Source: an uncultured virus (IMG/VR IMGVR_UViG_3300038825_001787) (lineage: Duplodnaviria > Heunggongvirae > Uroviricota > Caudoviricetes). From it: 64,000 bases of DNA. A program made the translations under genes and the position numbers. The stretch lies in IMG/VR virus record IMGVR_UViG_3300038825_001787; one strand, written 5' to 3'. This document shows, piece by piece, positions 51,521-61,356 of the stretch (within the stretch, counting starts at the first letter, position 1; every line of letters begins with the position of its first letter). Under the pieces are notes generated by a model. The model searched no databases, had not been told where the DNA came from, and saw only the letters and a list, made by a program, of their open reading frames with translations.

Positions 51521-53134
51521 ATGAACGATAGAAGAACTATTGAAGAGATGCTCGCACGCGACGATTTTAGCACCAAAGAACTAAACAACAGTTTGTTTTT
51601 GACTAAAAGAAATGCTTGCGGCAAAATACCATATGCCGATGGAACAGAAGCATATGACATCATAGAGTTACTACACTTGGAAAAATTCAAAGACCGAGTC
51701 CACTACAATTTACCGGTGGAACGTTTCGATGAATTTATACCCATGTATGAATCTTTTTTCTTAACGAAAACAGAGTCACCATGGGTAAGAACACGACAAA
51801 GCCCAGAAATGGGGTATGAAGGCCGTTGCACCATTGGTGCCGGCATTTATTACTGTCGTACCAATTATGAAATACACGAAGATGAAAACTACAATTACAT
51901 CGTATCAACGTTTGACATATACACAAATAATTTATTTGACAATGCTGTTGAACTATACAATGGTGTAACACCTGCTTATTATTATAGGGGCACAGAGCCT
52001 CGACATATAGAAGCAGATACTGGACTATCCAGATTTTACGAGTTGTTAAAAACAGCGCCACAGAATACAGGCTCAACAGGCTCAACCCGCCAAGTAGTCA
52101 GGCACAACCTAACCAACTTGGAACGGTTGTGGCAATGGAAAAGTGAACATCGCCTACCAGAAGTGAGGCGACATGCTATGGATACAAGTCGAGATAACAT
52201 ATCAGTTACCAGAAATGGACTGACTGCTTGTGTTGCGATTCGTAAGGGGTTCAACCCCGCCCCAGGAGATCCAACGGCAGAAGCCGATAGGTCTTTGGGG
52301 GACTACGAGTTGACTAAAAGGTGGTTTGGCAAGTCGACGGCAACTGAAAGGTTGCTATCAATGCGAAAGCGTCCCGTGTATTTAAATGAAACAAGAATAG
52401 TAACTACTACTAATTCTTTAACTAAGAAAAAAAGTGACAAAATGTTTCAAGGCATTTTGGCACGGCAGCCCTCTGCTAATGGGATTGCCGACAACCCTTT
52501 TGCTTTTGCTCAGATCTTTACTACAAACAGTAATGAACAGAGCGGGCAAGAACTACTTCGTTTGTTGAAAAACAGACTAAGTCCAAAGAATTACCCTGAA
52601 ACCCAAAAAAAGGTCCTGTTGAAAGCCGGGGCCTTTGTAGGCAACAATCCGCCTGGTACGGATATAATAAGGATAGACCATGTTTTAACAAGCGCCATTT
52701 CTCTAGTAAGAAAAGGTGACTGTAATGAAAGAATTGGTGGACGCAACTTATATGACTTTTGTCGATTGAACGATGCAGAAGGAGTGTTTGAATTAACTCT
52801 CCCAAACAATGCAACACTACGACTAGACAAGAAAGTGGCTACACTAGACAATGGTATATACAAAGTTTGTGTCACAGAAGACGTGACCGATATTATACAA
52901 TATCTATCTACAATAAGGACTGCATTCGGCAGCGTAACTGTCGAAATAAAAAAGGGAAGACTAAACCTAGAAACAGGCTCAGTGAACGAAGTCCGTCGAA
53001 AAAGACGCGCTAGAATCATGAGTCCTTCTACTAACACAACTCCTACTTCGAGAAGAACAAGGTATGGAAGATTTAGACTAGGAAGTGCTTTTGGACTTTT
53101 AGGAAAAGAAAATAAAACGGATGAAAATGAATAA
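51521..53134 (+). CDS. hypothetical protein
   Basis: 537 aa, TACTAG-ATG. Confidence 0.75.
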   Translation: MNDRRTIEEMLARDDFSTKELNNSLFLTKRNACGKIPYADGTEAYDIIELLHLEKFKDRVHYNLPVERFDEFIPMYESFFLTKTESPWVRTRQSPEMGYEGRCTIGAGIYYCRTNYEIHEDENYNYIVSTFDIYTNNLFDNAVELYNGVTPAYYYRGTEPRHIEADTGLSRFYELLKTAPQNTGSTGSTRQVVRHNLTNLERLWQWKSEHRLPEVRRHAMDTSRDNISVTRNGLTACVAIRKGFNPAPGDPTAEADRSLGDYELTKRWFGKSTATERLLSMRKRPVYLNETRIVTTTNSLTKKKSDKMFQGILARQPSANGIADNPFAFAQIFTTNSNEQSGQELLRLLKNRLSPKNYPETQKKVLLKAGAFVGNNPPGTDIIRIDHVLTSAISLVRKGDCNERIGGRNLYDFCRLNDAEGVFELTLPNNATLRLDKKVATLDNGIYKVCVTEDVTDIIQYLSTIRTAFGSVTVEIKKGRLNLETGSVNEVRRKRRARIMSPSTNTTPTSRRTRYGRFRLGSAFGLLGKENKTDENE

Positions 53135-53146
53135 TCCGTTTACTAG

Positions 53147-53665
53147 ATGAAATATATTTGTAAAATATGTGATTTGGAATTCACGACAGAGGCAGCAGAA
53201 AAACTGCATAACTCTGTTTTTCACAAAAAGAAAGCCAAAGTAAAGACACCGAAAAAACCACCAAAGAAGGATAAACTCCTGGCAACTGATGCTAGGAAAG
53301 GATACCTTTCTCGTGGCGGTGAAAATACCAAAGTATTCTTGCCCGATGGAAAGTCTACTAAATATAAAGACTACATCAAAGGAATGCGAGACGGCTTTCC
53401 TGACTTCAAAGTCGGCGATAAAATCGCTGCGAAAGAAGTTAGAAATTTGTTTAAGCACGATATATATAATACAAAAGATATCAAAGGTGCTAAACTGGAA
53501 GTTAAAAGAATTGTCAAAAATAAGAATGGTATTAGAAGATACTATTTGGAGAACAGCAAAGTGCGATTGACGTGGTCCGAAGGGGTCGCTTTCAAGAGTC
53601 ATGCTGAAAGAAAAATGCGTGACAAGCATATTATACTTCCAATTAATTTGTTTCACAAAAAGTGA
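53147..53665 (+). CDS. C2H2 Zn-finger basic protein
   Basis: CKIC...F.......H....H. Confidence 0.65.
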   Translation: MKYICKICDLEFTTEAAEKLHNSVFHKKKAKVKTPKKPPKKDKLLATDARKGYLSRGGENTKVFLPDGKSTKYKDYIKGMRDGFPDFKVGDKIAAKEVRNLFKHDIYNTKDIKGAKLEVKRIVKNKNGIRRYYLENSKVRLTWSEGVAFKSHAERKMRDKHIILPINLFHKK

Positions 53666-53772
53666 AACTACTAGATGAGTTCGGAAGATAACCCCATGCG
53701 GGCCTTCCCATTAAGTAAGAACAATGATATCAGGAATTTTGAGTGTGGTTAGAATATAACCACATTCATCAG

Positions 53773-53967
53773 ATGAGTAAAATAGAAGATGACGTATGTC
53801 AACAAATACAAGACCGTGCCAAAGTGGGGCTAAACAAATATGGAACCACTATGGAGCGTACTGACCTTTCTACAATAGACTGGTTGGAACACGCCAAACA
53901 AGAAGCAATGGATCTTGTCATATACTTAGAGCGTATCATACAAGATATGCGTGAGAAGGAAGAATGA
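53773..53967 (+). CDS. small all-alpha phage protein (MazG/dNTP-pyrophosphohydrolase-like)
   Basis: R..VG..KYGTT..R.DL...WL.H..QE.MD...YL. Confidence 0.55.
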   Translation: MSKIEDDVCQQIQDRAKVGLNKYGTTMERTDLSTIDWLEHAKQEAMDLVIYLERIIQDMREKEE

Positions 53968-53982
53968 ATCTTCCATTACTAG

Positions 53983-54264
53983 ATGGAAATCAAAATTAAA
54001 ATGGAACCCGAAGACATACCAAAAATATTGAAGGGGATTGGAAACGTCGAACAACCGGCAGAGTCTGTTGTTGAGAAACGTGCCAAAAGGGCCGACATTG
54101 GACAAAACAGAGTCCCCTGGTCGAAAAGAGAGAAGGCTTGGCTGAAAAAGCAGGCAAGACCAACCATTGATAACGGTCATCATCGGCAAGAATTGAAAGA
54201 AATGTTTGGCAATATCCGAACAGCGAAGTCAATAGATGCTTGTTGGAGAAGACTTACCAATTGA
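53983..54264 (+). CDS. Myb/HTH-like small protein
   Basis: WSKREKAWL...FG..RT.KSI...W.RL. Confidence 0.45.
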   Translation: MEIKIKMEPEDIPKILKGIGNVEQPAESVVEKRAKRADIGQNRVPWSKREKAWLKKQARPTIDNGHHRQELKEMFGNIRTAKSIDACWRRLTN

Positions 54265-54317
54265 TTGAGCATAACATAGTAAGATTAATTACTAACTATG
54301 TTTCCTCAATTTACTAG

Positions 54318-54518
54318 ATGACACTGATGCCAAAGCAAAGTGAGAACCTGGGACTAGAAATCTCAGAGCCTATATACAGGCTGGCAACAAGCATATACGA
54401 AAAGCACAATTCCAAGGTCTTAGCAGGCAGTGGAAAATGGATGCCCACAAACGTAGCGGTTGACTTGGCAAAAAAAATGCTAAGTGAAACGAATGCTAGT
54501 CGGTCTAATACTAGATGA
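54318..54518 (+). CDS. hypothetical protein
   Basis: Hairpin+TACTAG-ATG. Confidence 0.5.
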   Translation: MTLMPKQSENLGLEISEPIYRLATSIYEKHNSKVLAGSGKWMPTNVAVDLAKKMLSETNASRSNTR

Positions 54519-55747
54519 GTAATATAAACGAAAATCAAGGATACGCAGTTGAAGGAAGATTGAAAGAAACAGCCAAAGGGTATTTAGCCCTCTGGTCAAT
54601 TAATGCAGGTAGGATGAGATATTCCGACCTTGTTACTGTTGCTAAGCGCAATGGTTTAACACAGGGTCAGATACCGAAACTACGAACCGCAAAGAATGCT
54701 TTTGCAGTTGCAAAGGATACTATACTTAACTCCGCATTACCAACACTCTTAGAATTAGATGGTTGGGATGGAGCGGTCAAACAAAGTTTAGATGTTAAAC
54801 ATCTAAAAAGAGGAAATGAATACCAAGTCTCGGTTAGACGAGAAGGTAGAATGCATGGGAAGTTGCACAAGGAAAGTTCTCCAGTCTTTAGACTGGAATT
54901 CTCTCCTCCAGATGCCTTTGACCATGTTGCATGGGTACAAAACTACATGCGCTCTTTTTGGGATGCTGAATACATCAAAGAAATTGAAGCAGGTACTAAA
55001 CAAAGACCTGTACCTAGTCAAACTAGGGTTTGTATACGTATAGAAGGCTATTGGGATGACAGCGATATTGACGTCGAGTTGATGTTGAGAGTCAGAGACC
55101 GAATAAGCCAAGCATTTGAAGATACTATTGTTAGTATTGACGAAACGCTTTTGCGACAACACATTAAAGAGACATTGAAATCTTTAAACGGTATTAGTTT
55201 CCTTGCAGGCAAGGGGGCTACATATATTCCCATTACAGACGAGGACAGAGATTCAAAATCTGCGTCTTTGGAGTCTATGGCTAATATTATCACCTCTTTT
55301 TCTAGAGGATACCAAACAACCGCAAACGATGAAAACTACTATGACGAGAATGGCAAACCCATCAATCGTTATGGAACATCAAGTAATTTTAGATATCTAG
55401 GATACCTAGATAGCGAAAGAGAGATGCAGTACATAAGAGAAGATTTGGGTTCCAGTATTTCGAGAGAAATAGCGGAGTTCCAAGCAGAAGTCGTTAAGAC
55501 TGCTGCCTCTTTTGATACAACTAAAGTCGAACTTTTCGAGAAGCAACTTACCAAATTGCAGAGAAAGAAAACTAATATTACTAAAAGAATCGGCAATATG
55601 CGCACAACATTGGGCGGAGAGATTCCTATTCGTAGGAGACTCCATTCTGATGTTCAGCAAAGATTTGGTAGCCGAATCTCAAACATAACTCAGACCCACA
55701 ATGCAGTTAGTACTACATTGATGAAGTTAACTGAGTTTGACAATTGA
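54515..55747 (+). CDS. hypothetical protein
   Basis: 410 aa, TACTAG-ATG. Confidence 0.75.
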   Translation: MSNINENQGYAVEGRLKETAKGYLALWSINAGRMRYSDLVTVAKRNGLTQGQIPKLRTAKNAFAVAKDTILNSALPTLLELDGWDGAVKQSLDVKHLKRGNEYQVSVRREGRMHGKLHKESSPVFRLEFSPPDAFDHVAWVQNYMRSFWDAEYIKEIEAGTKQRPVPSQTRVCIRIEGYWDDSDIDVELMLRVRDRISQAFEDTIVSIDETLLRQHIKETLKSLNGISFLAGKGATYIPITDEDRDSKSASLESMANIITSFSRGYQTTANDENYYDENGKPINRYGTSSNFRYLGYLDSEREMQYIREDLGSSISREIAEFQAEVVKTAASFDTTKVELFEKQLTKLQRKKTNITKRIGNMRTTLGGEIPIRRRLHSDVQQRFGSRISNITQTHNAVSTTLMKLTEFDN

Positions 55748-55765
55748 GGCTAATGCCTCTTACTA

Positions 55766-56481
55766 GAAAGTAAATACAACTGATGCCCTTCGGGGCAAAT
55801 GACGTATCGCCGAAAATTCCGGTAGAGCACGCTCTACAGGAACGGCTCATCCTCCGGAACTGCTTCAGGCTGCTGCGCAGACTACTGCGTATCTGAAGCC
55901 TTTACCCTAACATCCCTATCACCTTGCGGCTCCGCTGCGGTGAAACGGAATGTAAACGGGCACGCCTAAACTACAGTTTCCTCGAGCGAGTAAACTGGTT
56001 TAACGGCTAATCCTACGGAATAACAATCAGGATTTAGTCCTGATAGTATGAGCCTATTTACCGCCTCTACCCTCATTGGGGTAACCCAATTAACCTTCTA
56101 AAGAAGGGAGGGCGAGAGGCTTCGGCTCCTCGGAACTACTACGGCACGAACCAAGATTGAGTTAATCAGTCAAGAGAAATATAAGTACCCGCGTACTGAC
56201 ATTTCACATGACTTACTCAATTTTCATGACTTACCCTATGTAGAAACATAGATTTGAACAACTTGAGGCGGCTCTGCGCTGCCCTAAAGGGACATCAAAT
56301 CTCTGCGTCTACCCCTAGTAAGTCACGAAAGTTCATACCTTGAGCCACGGTGGAATCCAGAAACAAGTCTTCTGGATTCTGCCCTGCAACTGTATGCTCT
56401 GCGGAACCCCGCATACAACGTTGCGGCTTGGCTCAACCGGTTCATCGCCAAGTTCCTCGGAAAATAGTTTTACTTTCACTA
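55766..56481 (+). ncRNA. large K-turn-headed RNA with terminal stem
   Basis: CTGA-TGCCC-TTCG-GGGCA-AAT-GACG at 55780-55804; GAAAGTAAA/TTTACTTTC-ACTA; many internal hairpins. Confidence 0.65.
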
Positions 56482-56510
56482 GAGCCTCGAAAGAGGAAGA
56501 GTTGATTGAC

Positions 56511-56903
56511 ATGATTGAAGAAAGAAACAACATAGTTGACCAAGCAATTACTGATGTAGCACCCGCTACACCAATTGCTGAGCAACCCAAGAAAACAAAA
56601 ATGGCGCCCATAACGAATGAAATATTTATTCGTATGTGGAACCAATCTGAATATGTCAATGATGCAGCAGAGGCGATGGGTATGAACCCCGCTTCTGCAA
56701 GAGCAAGGGCCGCAAAACTGAGGGCTATATTTGCGAAAGCAGGTGTAGAAATACAGTTGAAGAAACACCCTAAAGCACCAAGAAAGCAAAAGAAGTCGTT
56801 GGTCAATGACCTAGACGAACTTGAAAGACTTGCTGCGATTGCTAAAGCATCATTACCATCAGAGCCAGCAACACAAAGTGCACCATCAGAGCAATCTGAA
56901 TGA
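56511..56903 (+). CDS. HTH-like protein
   Basis: VNDAAEAMGMNPASARARAAKLR; start after the junction and RBS. Confidence 0.55.
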   Translation: MIEERNNIVDQAITDVAPATPIAEQPKKTKMAPITNEIFIRMWNQSEYVNDAAEAMGMNPASARARAAKLRAIFAKAGVEIQLKKHPKAPRKQKKSLVNDLDELERLAAIAKASLPSEPATQSAPSEQSE

Positions 56904-56921
56904 AACACTTGTGTTCTACTA

Positions 56922-57476
56922 GAGAGAACTAAAACACCGATGCCGAACAAGCATGTGACGTAAATTAGTAAATTAGAGATTACACATAGCAAGGAAGTCA
57001 AACTGATTTTCTGCTAAATCTAAATCTGCATGGTGATCCAAGCAAGTAATCACGAATGGAATAAATCCACTCGCTGATTTGTATAGGGCAGTTGCCCTAC
57101 TCAAATCTTACCTGCCCAGGGTCACCAGCACAATTAGAATAAAGAATTCACATTCGTGAATTAAACTACCACCACATTAGAACGGTAGTCTGCCTTAGAA
57201 TTAATTTTTTAACATCCGCAACTGGAAACGTTCCGCGTGTCTTCACATTCACCTTTACAAAGTAAAGGCCGCACAATACTGTGCCACCAACAGTGAGGTA
57301 AAATCCTCACAACATTGGTTGAATGTTCCAAACACAGCGTCCGAGTTCCAATGCGGAACACCAAAAATCAATAAAAGTTAAACACTAAAACTAGGCAGCA
57401 TTAAACTGCCAAAGTAAAGCGGCTTATATAAGCCCAATAGTAAAACTTGAAACACTAAAAACTAGAACTCTCACTA
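56922..57476 (+). ncRNA. K-turn-variant-headed RNA with terminal stem
   Basis: CCGA-TGC/GCA-TGT-GACG at 56937-56960; GAGAG/CTCTC-ACTA. Confidence 0.5.
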
Positions 57477-57808
57477 GATAGACCACCATATTTTATATTC
57501 ATCACCATGAAAAAATAATGGTTTATATGACAATCGGGAAAGACCGGTACCAGATGAACAAAACTAAACCACTACAACAACTCAATGCTGATTTCCTAAA
57601 AAAAGATTGGACGTATGAAAAATGACGCTTTTAATTTATGGACGCATGGATTAAAAATGAAAGTATACTTGTTGGAAAAGGCGACAGGGGTAAAACCCGG
57701 CTCTGTGGTCACAAGTTTTGCGTCGGACACCATGAAAGAATGGAACACTATGCTGTGGGCCCGAGCGGTGACAGTCATATTGTTAAAAGGGGTGAGATTC
57801 CCCACTAG

Positions 57809-59041
57809 ATGAATATCAAATGGAAGACAGAAGAGACGCGTTGTATCCATAAAGACCCACGGGACTTTAGCAGATGCAAAATTAAAGACGTTAAACCTGG
57901 AGAATACTTATGTGAACACCATAAGTACGATCTCGCATCATTTGTAAATGACCCAACAGCCTGTATTGATATTATGGCTGAAAGGTTTCCAAAAAGACAT
58001 CATCCTGCCTGTGACCGCAAAGGAGAAAATGACTGCGAATGTCATGACTACTCTAGAGGCGCAAGTATGATGATTACCATGAAGGCTGCTTTCAAAGAAA
58101 GCAAACTTCAGAGTAAACTATACCAAAAACACTTGAAAGTAACGATGGCTGATAAAGTCCGTCGAATCAAGAACTATTATAGGAATATAACAGAGGATGA
58201 TATATATCTACCTCCCTATAGTAATTTTAGACAGTATAGATTTTTCACATGGGAACCAAAGAGTCAGAGAATCGTTGTCAAAGTATTGAAAGATAATGTA
58301 AGGACAAAGAAAATTCTGCTCAGTCATCTACGAAGACTGGCACCTATACACGTGTATTACACAACAGGTCAATGGCTAAATCCGCAAGGAATTGGTCCTG
58401 ACCCTGAATCACGTAAAGGTTTAGCCAAGATGCGAAAGAAAGGTTGGTGCGCTAAAAAAAGTAAGAAAGTTACTTTGAAGCGATACCATAACACCATGTT
58501 GAAACGAGATTTATATTTCGATATAGATTACGACAACAAAGACTATCATCAAGGAATAAGGATGGCCGACGAACTAATACATGCAATAAATAAACACATT
58601 CATTGTTATCAGTTCAACGGCGTAAAACAACAAATCGTATTTAGTGGAGGCAAAGGCTTCCACTTGATAATAAACGGATACTATGACGAAGCGTTTACTA
58701 GACCTAGTAAGCGTAAATTGTACGACCTATTGAGAAGAGAGGCTATAAAAAAAGGCGAAGATAAAAACGCCGCTTTCTTACGCTACTCTGTCAACCACGA
58801 AAACAAAAATGCAGCGATTGAAAACCACTACAAAGACATAGTGGATATTCTGCAATACGAAACAGACCTTTTGTTAGATTGGATGGTTACATATGATAAC
58901 CGTAGAATAATACGATTGCCTGGAAGCGTGCATGGAAAGTCCATGCGTGTTTGTAAGGAAATTAATTTTAGTGACGATAATGTTATTAAAAACCGTGCTG
59001 GAAAACCCGTTGGGTATGTTCCAGCAGACCCCATTCCTTGA
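57809..59041 (+). CDS. archaeo-eukaryotic primase catalytic subunit (PriS-like) with N-terminal Cys/His extension
   Basis: HVYYT, DLYFDID, FSGGKGFH, D..VT.D..RIIRLPGSVHGK. Confidence 0.9.
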   Translation: MNIKWKTEETRCIHKDPRDFSRCKIKDVKPGEYLCEHHKYDLASFVNDPTACIDIMAERFPKRHHPACDRKGENDCECHDYSRGASMMITMKAAFKESKLQSKLYQKHLKVTMADKVRRIKNYYRNITEDDIYLPPYSNFRQYRFFTWEPKSQRIVVKVLKDNVRTKKILLSHLRRLAPIHVYYTTGQWLNPQGIGPDPESRKGLAKMRKKGWCAKKSKKVTLKRYHNTMLKRDLYFDIDYDNKDYHQGIRMADELIHAINKHIHCYQFNGVKQQIVFSGGKGFHLIINGYYDEAFTRPSKRKLYDLLRREAIKKGEDKNAAFLRYSVNHENKNAAIENHYKDIVDILQYETDLLLDWMVTYDNRRIIRLPGSVHGKSMRVCKEINFSDDNVIKNRAGKPVGYVPADPIP

Positions 59042-59050
59042 GGTTACTAG

Positions 59051-59587
59051 ATGACAAATGAAATTGAATTTTATGTTGATGGCTCTGCCATCAATAATGA
59101 GAATCCAAATGTACGAACTCTTGGAGGTATAGGTGTTTACAGACGCACTAACTCAGAGAACGGTATTAATATTTTAACTGCCCGACCAGATCAAGAATGG
59201 GCAATAAATGTTGATGACGGTGGCGTAGCGTTGAGGCGTGAAATCCCATTAGATTTGGGAAAAGTAACAAACAATACTACCGAACTGGCTGCAATATACT
59301 ATGTTCTTCTGATAATAAAACTGAACCATAAATATGACAATTGCATAATATACGGAGACTCGCAATACGCGGGTAACTTAGTATTTGGAAACTGGAAAGC
59401 AAAACAAAACAAGGAACTAGTTGCTAAGGTTAAAGCCCTGGCAAAAACAGTTCCTAATGTCACATGGGAATATGTGAAAGCACACGATGGCAATGTCTAC
59501 AATGAATATGCAGACTACCTTGCCAAATCTGGTGCATACAACAGAACCCCACTACCATTCGATGAATGGAAAGAAACGGAATTTTAA
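59051..59587 (+). CDS. ribonuclease HI (second copy)
   Basis: YVDGS, TNNTTELAAI, DSQY, VKAH, NEYADYLA. Confidence 0.92.
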   Translation: MTNEIEFYVDGSAINNENPNVRTLGGIGVYRRTNSENGINILTARPDQEWAINVDDGGVALRREIPLDLGKVTNNTTELAAIYYVLLIIKLNHKYDNCIIYGDSQYAGNLVFGNWKAKQNKELVAKVKALAKTVPNVTWEYVKAHDGNVYNEYADYLAKSGAYNRTPLPFDEWKETEF

Positions 59588-59597
59588 TTCCTACTAG

Positions 59598-60389
59598 ATG
59601 AGTACTAAAAGAGAAAATCAAAAAATACCCACACGAGAAATCAATGGTGTCGACATACCATTAACAAAGATGGTCGACGCACAAAAGATGCTGACATCTC
59701 AAAGAGATGCTGTTTCTAAACTATTAGCCACCATAAAAGGTGCTTGTGAAGAATACTCAGGTTGGACAAGAGAATTTAGCGATAGTGATTTAACCCCACT
59801 TCGCACGACGAACTTTGTCAAACTAGTAAAGCAATCTGAAACAGACTTGAATGTACTTCAAGTATGGGATGGACAAAAGTGGATAAATGTACAACTTACT
59901 AAAATTGTACTGGAACCGAAGGTAGACAAAGATGTCAAACCTTCATCGAAACAAATAAGCAAGAAATCGCCAATAGAGGTTCACAGGACCCAGATGGCTA
60001 AGAAAAAATACAAAGACCTCGGAGACGGACTAGACTTCAAAACAAAGTACGGTGTCGAGATAATGTTACTTGCAATTAATTGCTTCAAAGAGGCATACCA
60101 AATGGAACGACAAAAAGGAGGAGACTTAGGGTCTTTGACTTTGTTCTGGGAAGACTGCACCAAATATGTTAGAAACCATCAGAGCGTTAGTTCCGTCCTT
60201 ACACCTGGATGGAAAAATGCTTTGCTAAAGTCGTTAATTGACGACGGATGGATTCTTGGCAGAAAAGACAAGGCTTTGACCGTAAAACCTTTTTCAAAAG
60301 GTATCGAAGGTTGGCCTAGTGGTGGAAAGTTACATCCTACTGTACTTGGAGAAGCACCAATTCGTATTACAAAATATATGAAAAAATGA
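59598..60389 (+). CDS. hypothetical protein
   Basis: Hairpin+TACTAG-ATG. Confidence 0.7.
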   Translation: MSTKRENQKIPTREINGVDIPLTKMVDAQKMLTSQRDAVSKLLATIKGACEEYSGWTREFSDSDLTPLRTTNFVKLVKQSETDLNVLQVWDGQKWINVQLTKIVLEPKVDKDVKPSSKQISKKSPIEVHRTQMAKKKYKDLGDGLDFKTKYGVEIMLLAINCFKEAYQMERQKGGDLGSLTLFWEDCTKYVRNHQSVSSVLTPGWKNALLKSLIDDGWILGRKDKALTVKPFSKGIEGWPSGGKLHPTVLGEAPIRITKYMKK

Positions 60390-60407
60390 AACATTTGTTT
60401 CTACTAG

Positions 60408-60575
60408 ATGAGTTATAGAAAAAGACAAAAAATACATAACATAGTCGAATGTCCTAATGTATGTTGTAAACATAATACACACATGAATGTAGATGAATTC
60501 AGGTGTGTCGATTGTGTCACAAGAATATACAATATCAAACAAATGCTACAAGATTTGATGGATAACTTGGACTAA
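60408..60575 (+). CDS. small Cys-rich protein (not in the ORF track)
   Basis: Hairpin+TACTAG-ATG; CxxxC...CxxC. Confidence 0.5.
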   Translation: MSYRKRQKIHNIVECPNVCCKHNTHMNVDEFRCVDCVTRIYNIKQMLQDLMDNLD

Positions 60576-60632
60576 AGACAACAACTATAAACCCCCAATT
60601 TAGGGTTCATATTGTTACTAGGAGAACTTAAA

Positions 60633-61067
60633 ATGACAAAGCAAACCAAATTAAGCGACTTCCTCAAGGGAGTTGCAGAAGAAGACGAAAAGCACCGCAC
60701 ACCGAATGCCGAAATTGAAGATAGGGAAGACTTTAAGGCTGAATTTGACACAGTATATGAGAACTATATTGTGGAAAGTTACACCTCAGATATCCCTAGC
60801 AATTTCGATGATAAAACAAACACAGTTGTGAAATTGACAAGCCCCGCTGGAGACAAACTCCAAATGTGGGTTGGAAGTTACGAACAAGACCACTTTCACC
60901 AGAAAGTTGCTGCTTGGGAAAAACAAGGTCATGAACTACCAGTGAAAATATCATTTGCACGAATCAAGGTGCCGTCAAAGAAAGACCCAAGTAGGTCATA
61001 CAACAGACTGAAGATTCAGACTGTTGCTCTTGGCCCAGATGTGGCTCAAGAATTACTTACACTTTGA
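60633..61067 (+). CDS. hypothetical protein (possible OB-fold)
   Basis: GGAGA RBS after the junction. Confidence 0.6.
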   Translation: MTKQTKLSDFLKGVAEEDEKHRTPNAEIEDREDFKAEFDTVYENYIVESYTSDIPSNFDDKTNTVVKLTSPAGDKLQMWVGSYEQDHFHQKVAAWEKQGHELPVKISFARIKVPSKKDPSRSYNRLKIQTVALGPDVAQELLTL

Positions 61068-61087
61068 GGTTAACGACCTCTTACTAG

Positions 61088-61336
61088 ATGGATAAGAAAA
61101 ACCAAAAGCAATGTTGCTATGAATGCAACAAAGAACTAACCGAAGCAGAATCATACCGAGTCCCTACCGACTCAGGAAGTGTGAGAGGGCGACAGGTTAA
61201 ACCAAGAGGAAGAGATCGATTTGAAATCATAGCAGATTACCATGTTTGGAACAATCTATGCTATGGTTGCTTTATCGCTTATTCCGGCTTCGACAATGAA
61301 GGTAGACCAGCAGTGGTCCAACTTTCAGAAGCGTGA
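61088..61336 (+). CDS. small Zn-finger protein
   Basis: CxxC...CxxC; TACTAG-ATG. Confidence 0.6.
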   Translation: MDKKNQKQCCYECNKELTEAESYRVPTDSGSVRGRQVKPRGRDRFEIIADYHVWNNLCYGCFIAYSGFDNEGRPAVVQLSEA

Positions 61337-61356
61337 GGCTTTGAGCCTCTTACTAG

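Noticed and set aside
55780..55804. Hammerhead ribozyme (CTGA...hairpin)
   Set aside because: Lacks the CUGANGA and GAAA core; the pattern fits a K-turn.
58694..58702. TTACTAG inside the primase CDS
   Set aside because: No clear preceding hairpin and no following start; probably chance, though useful as a negative control for the junction model.
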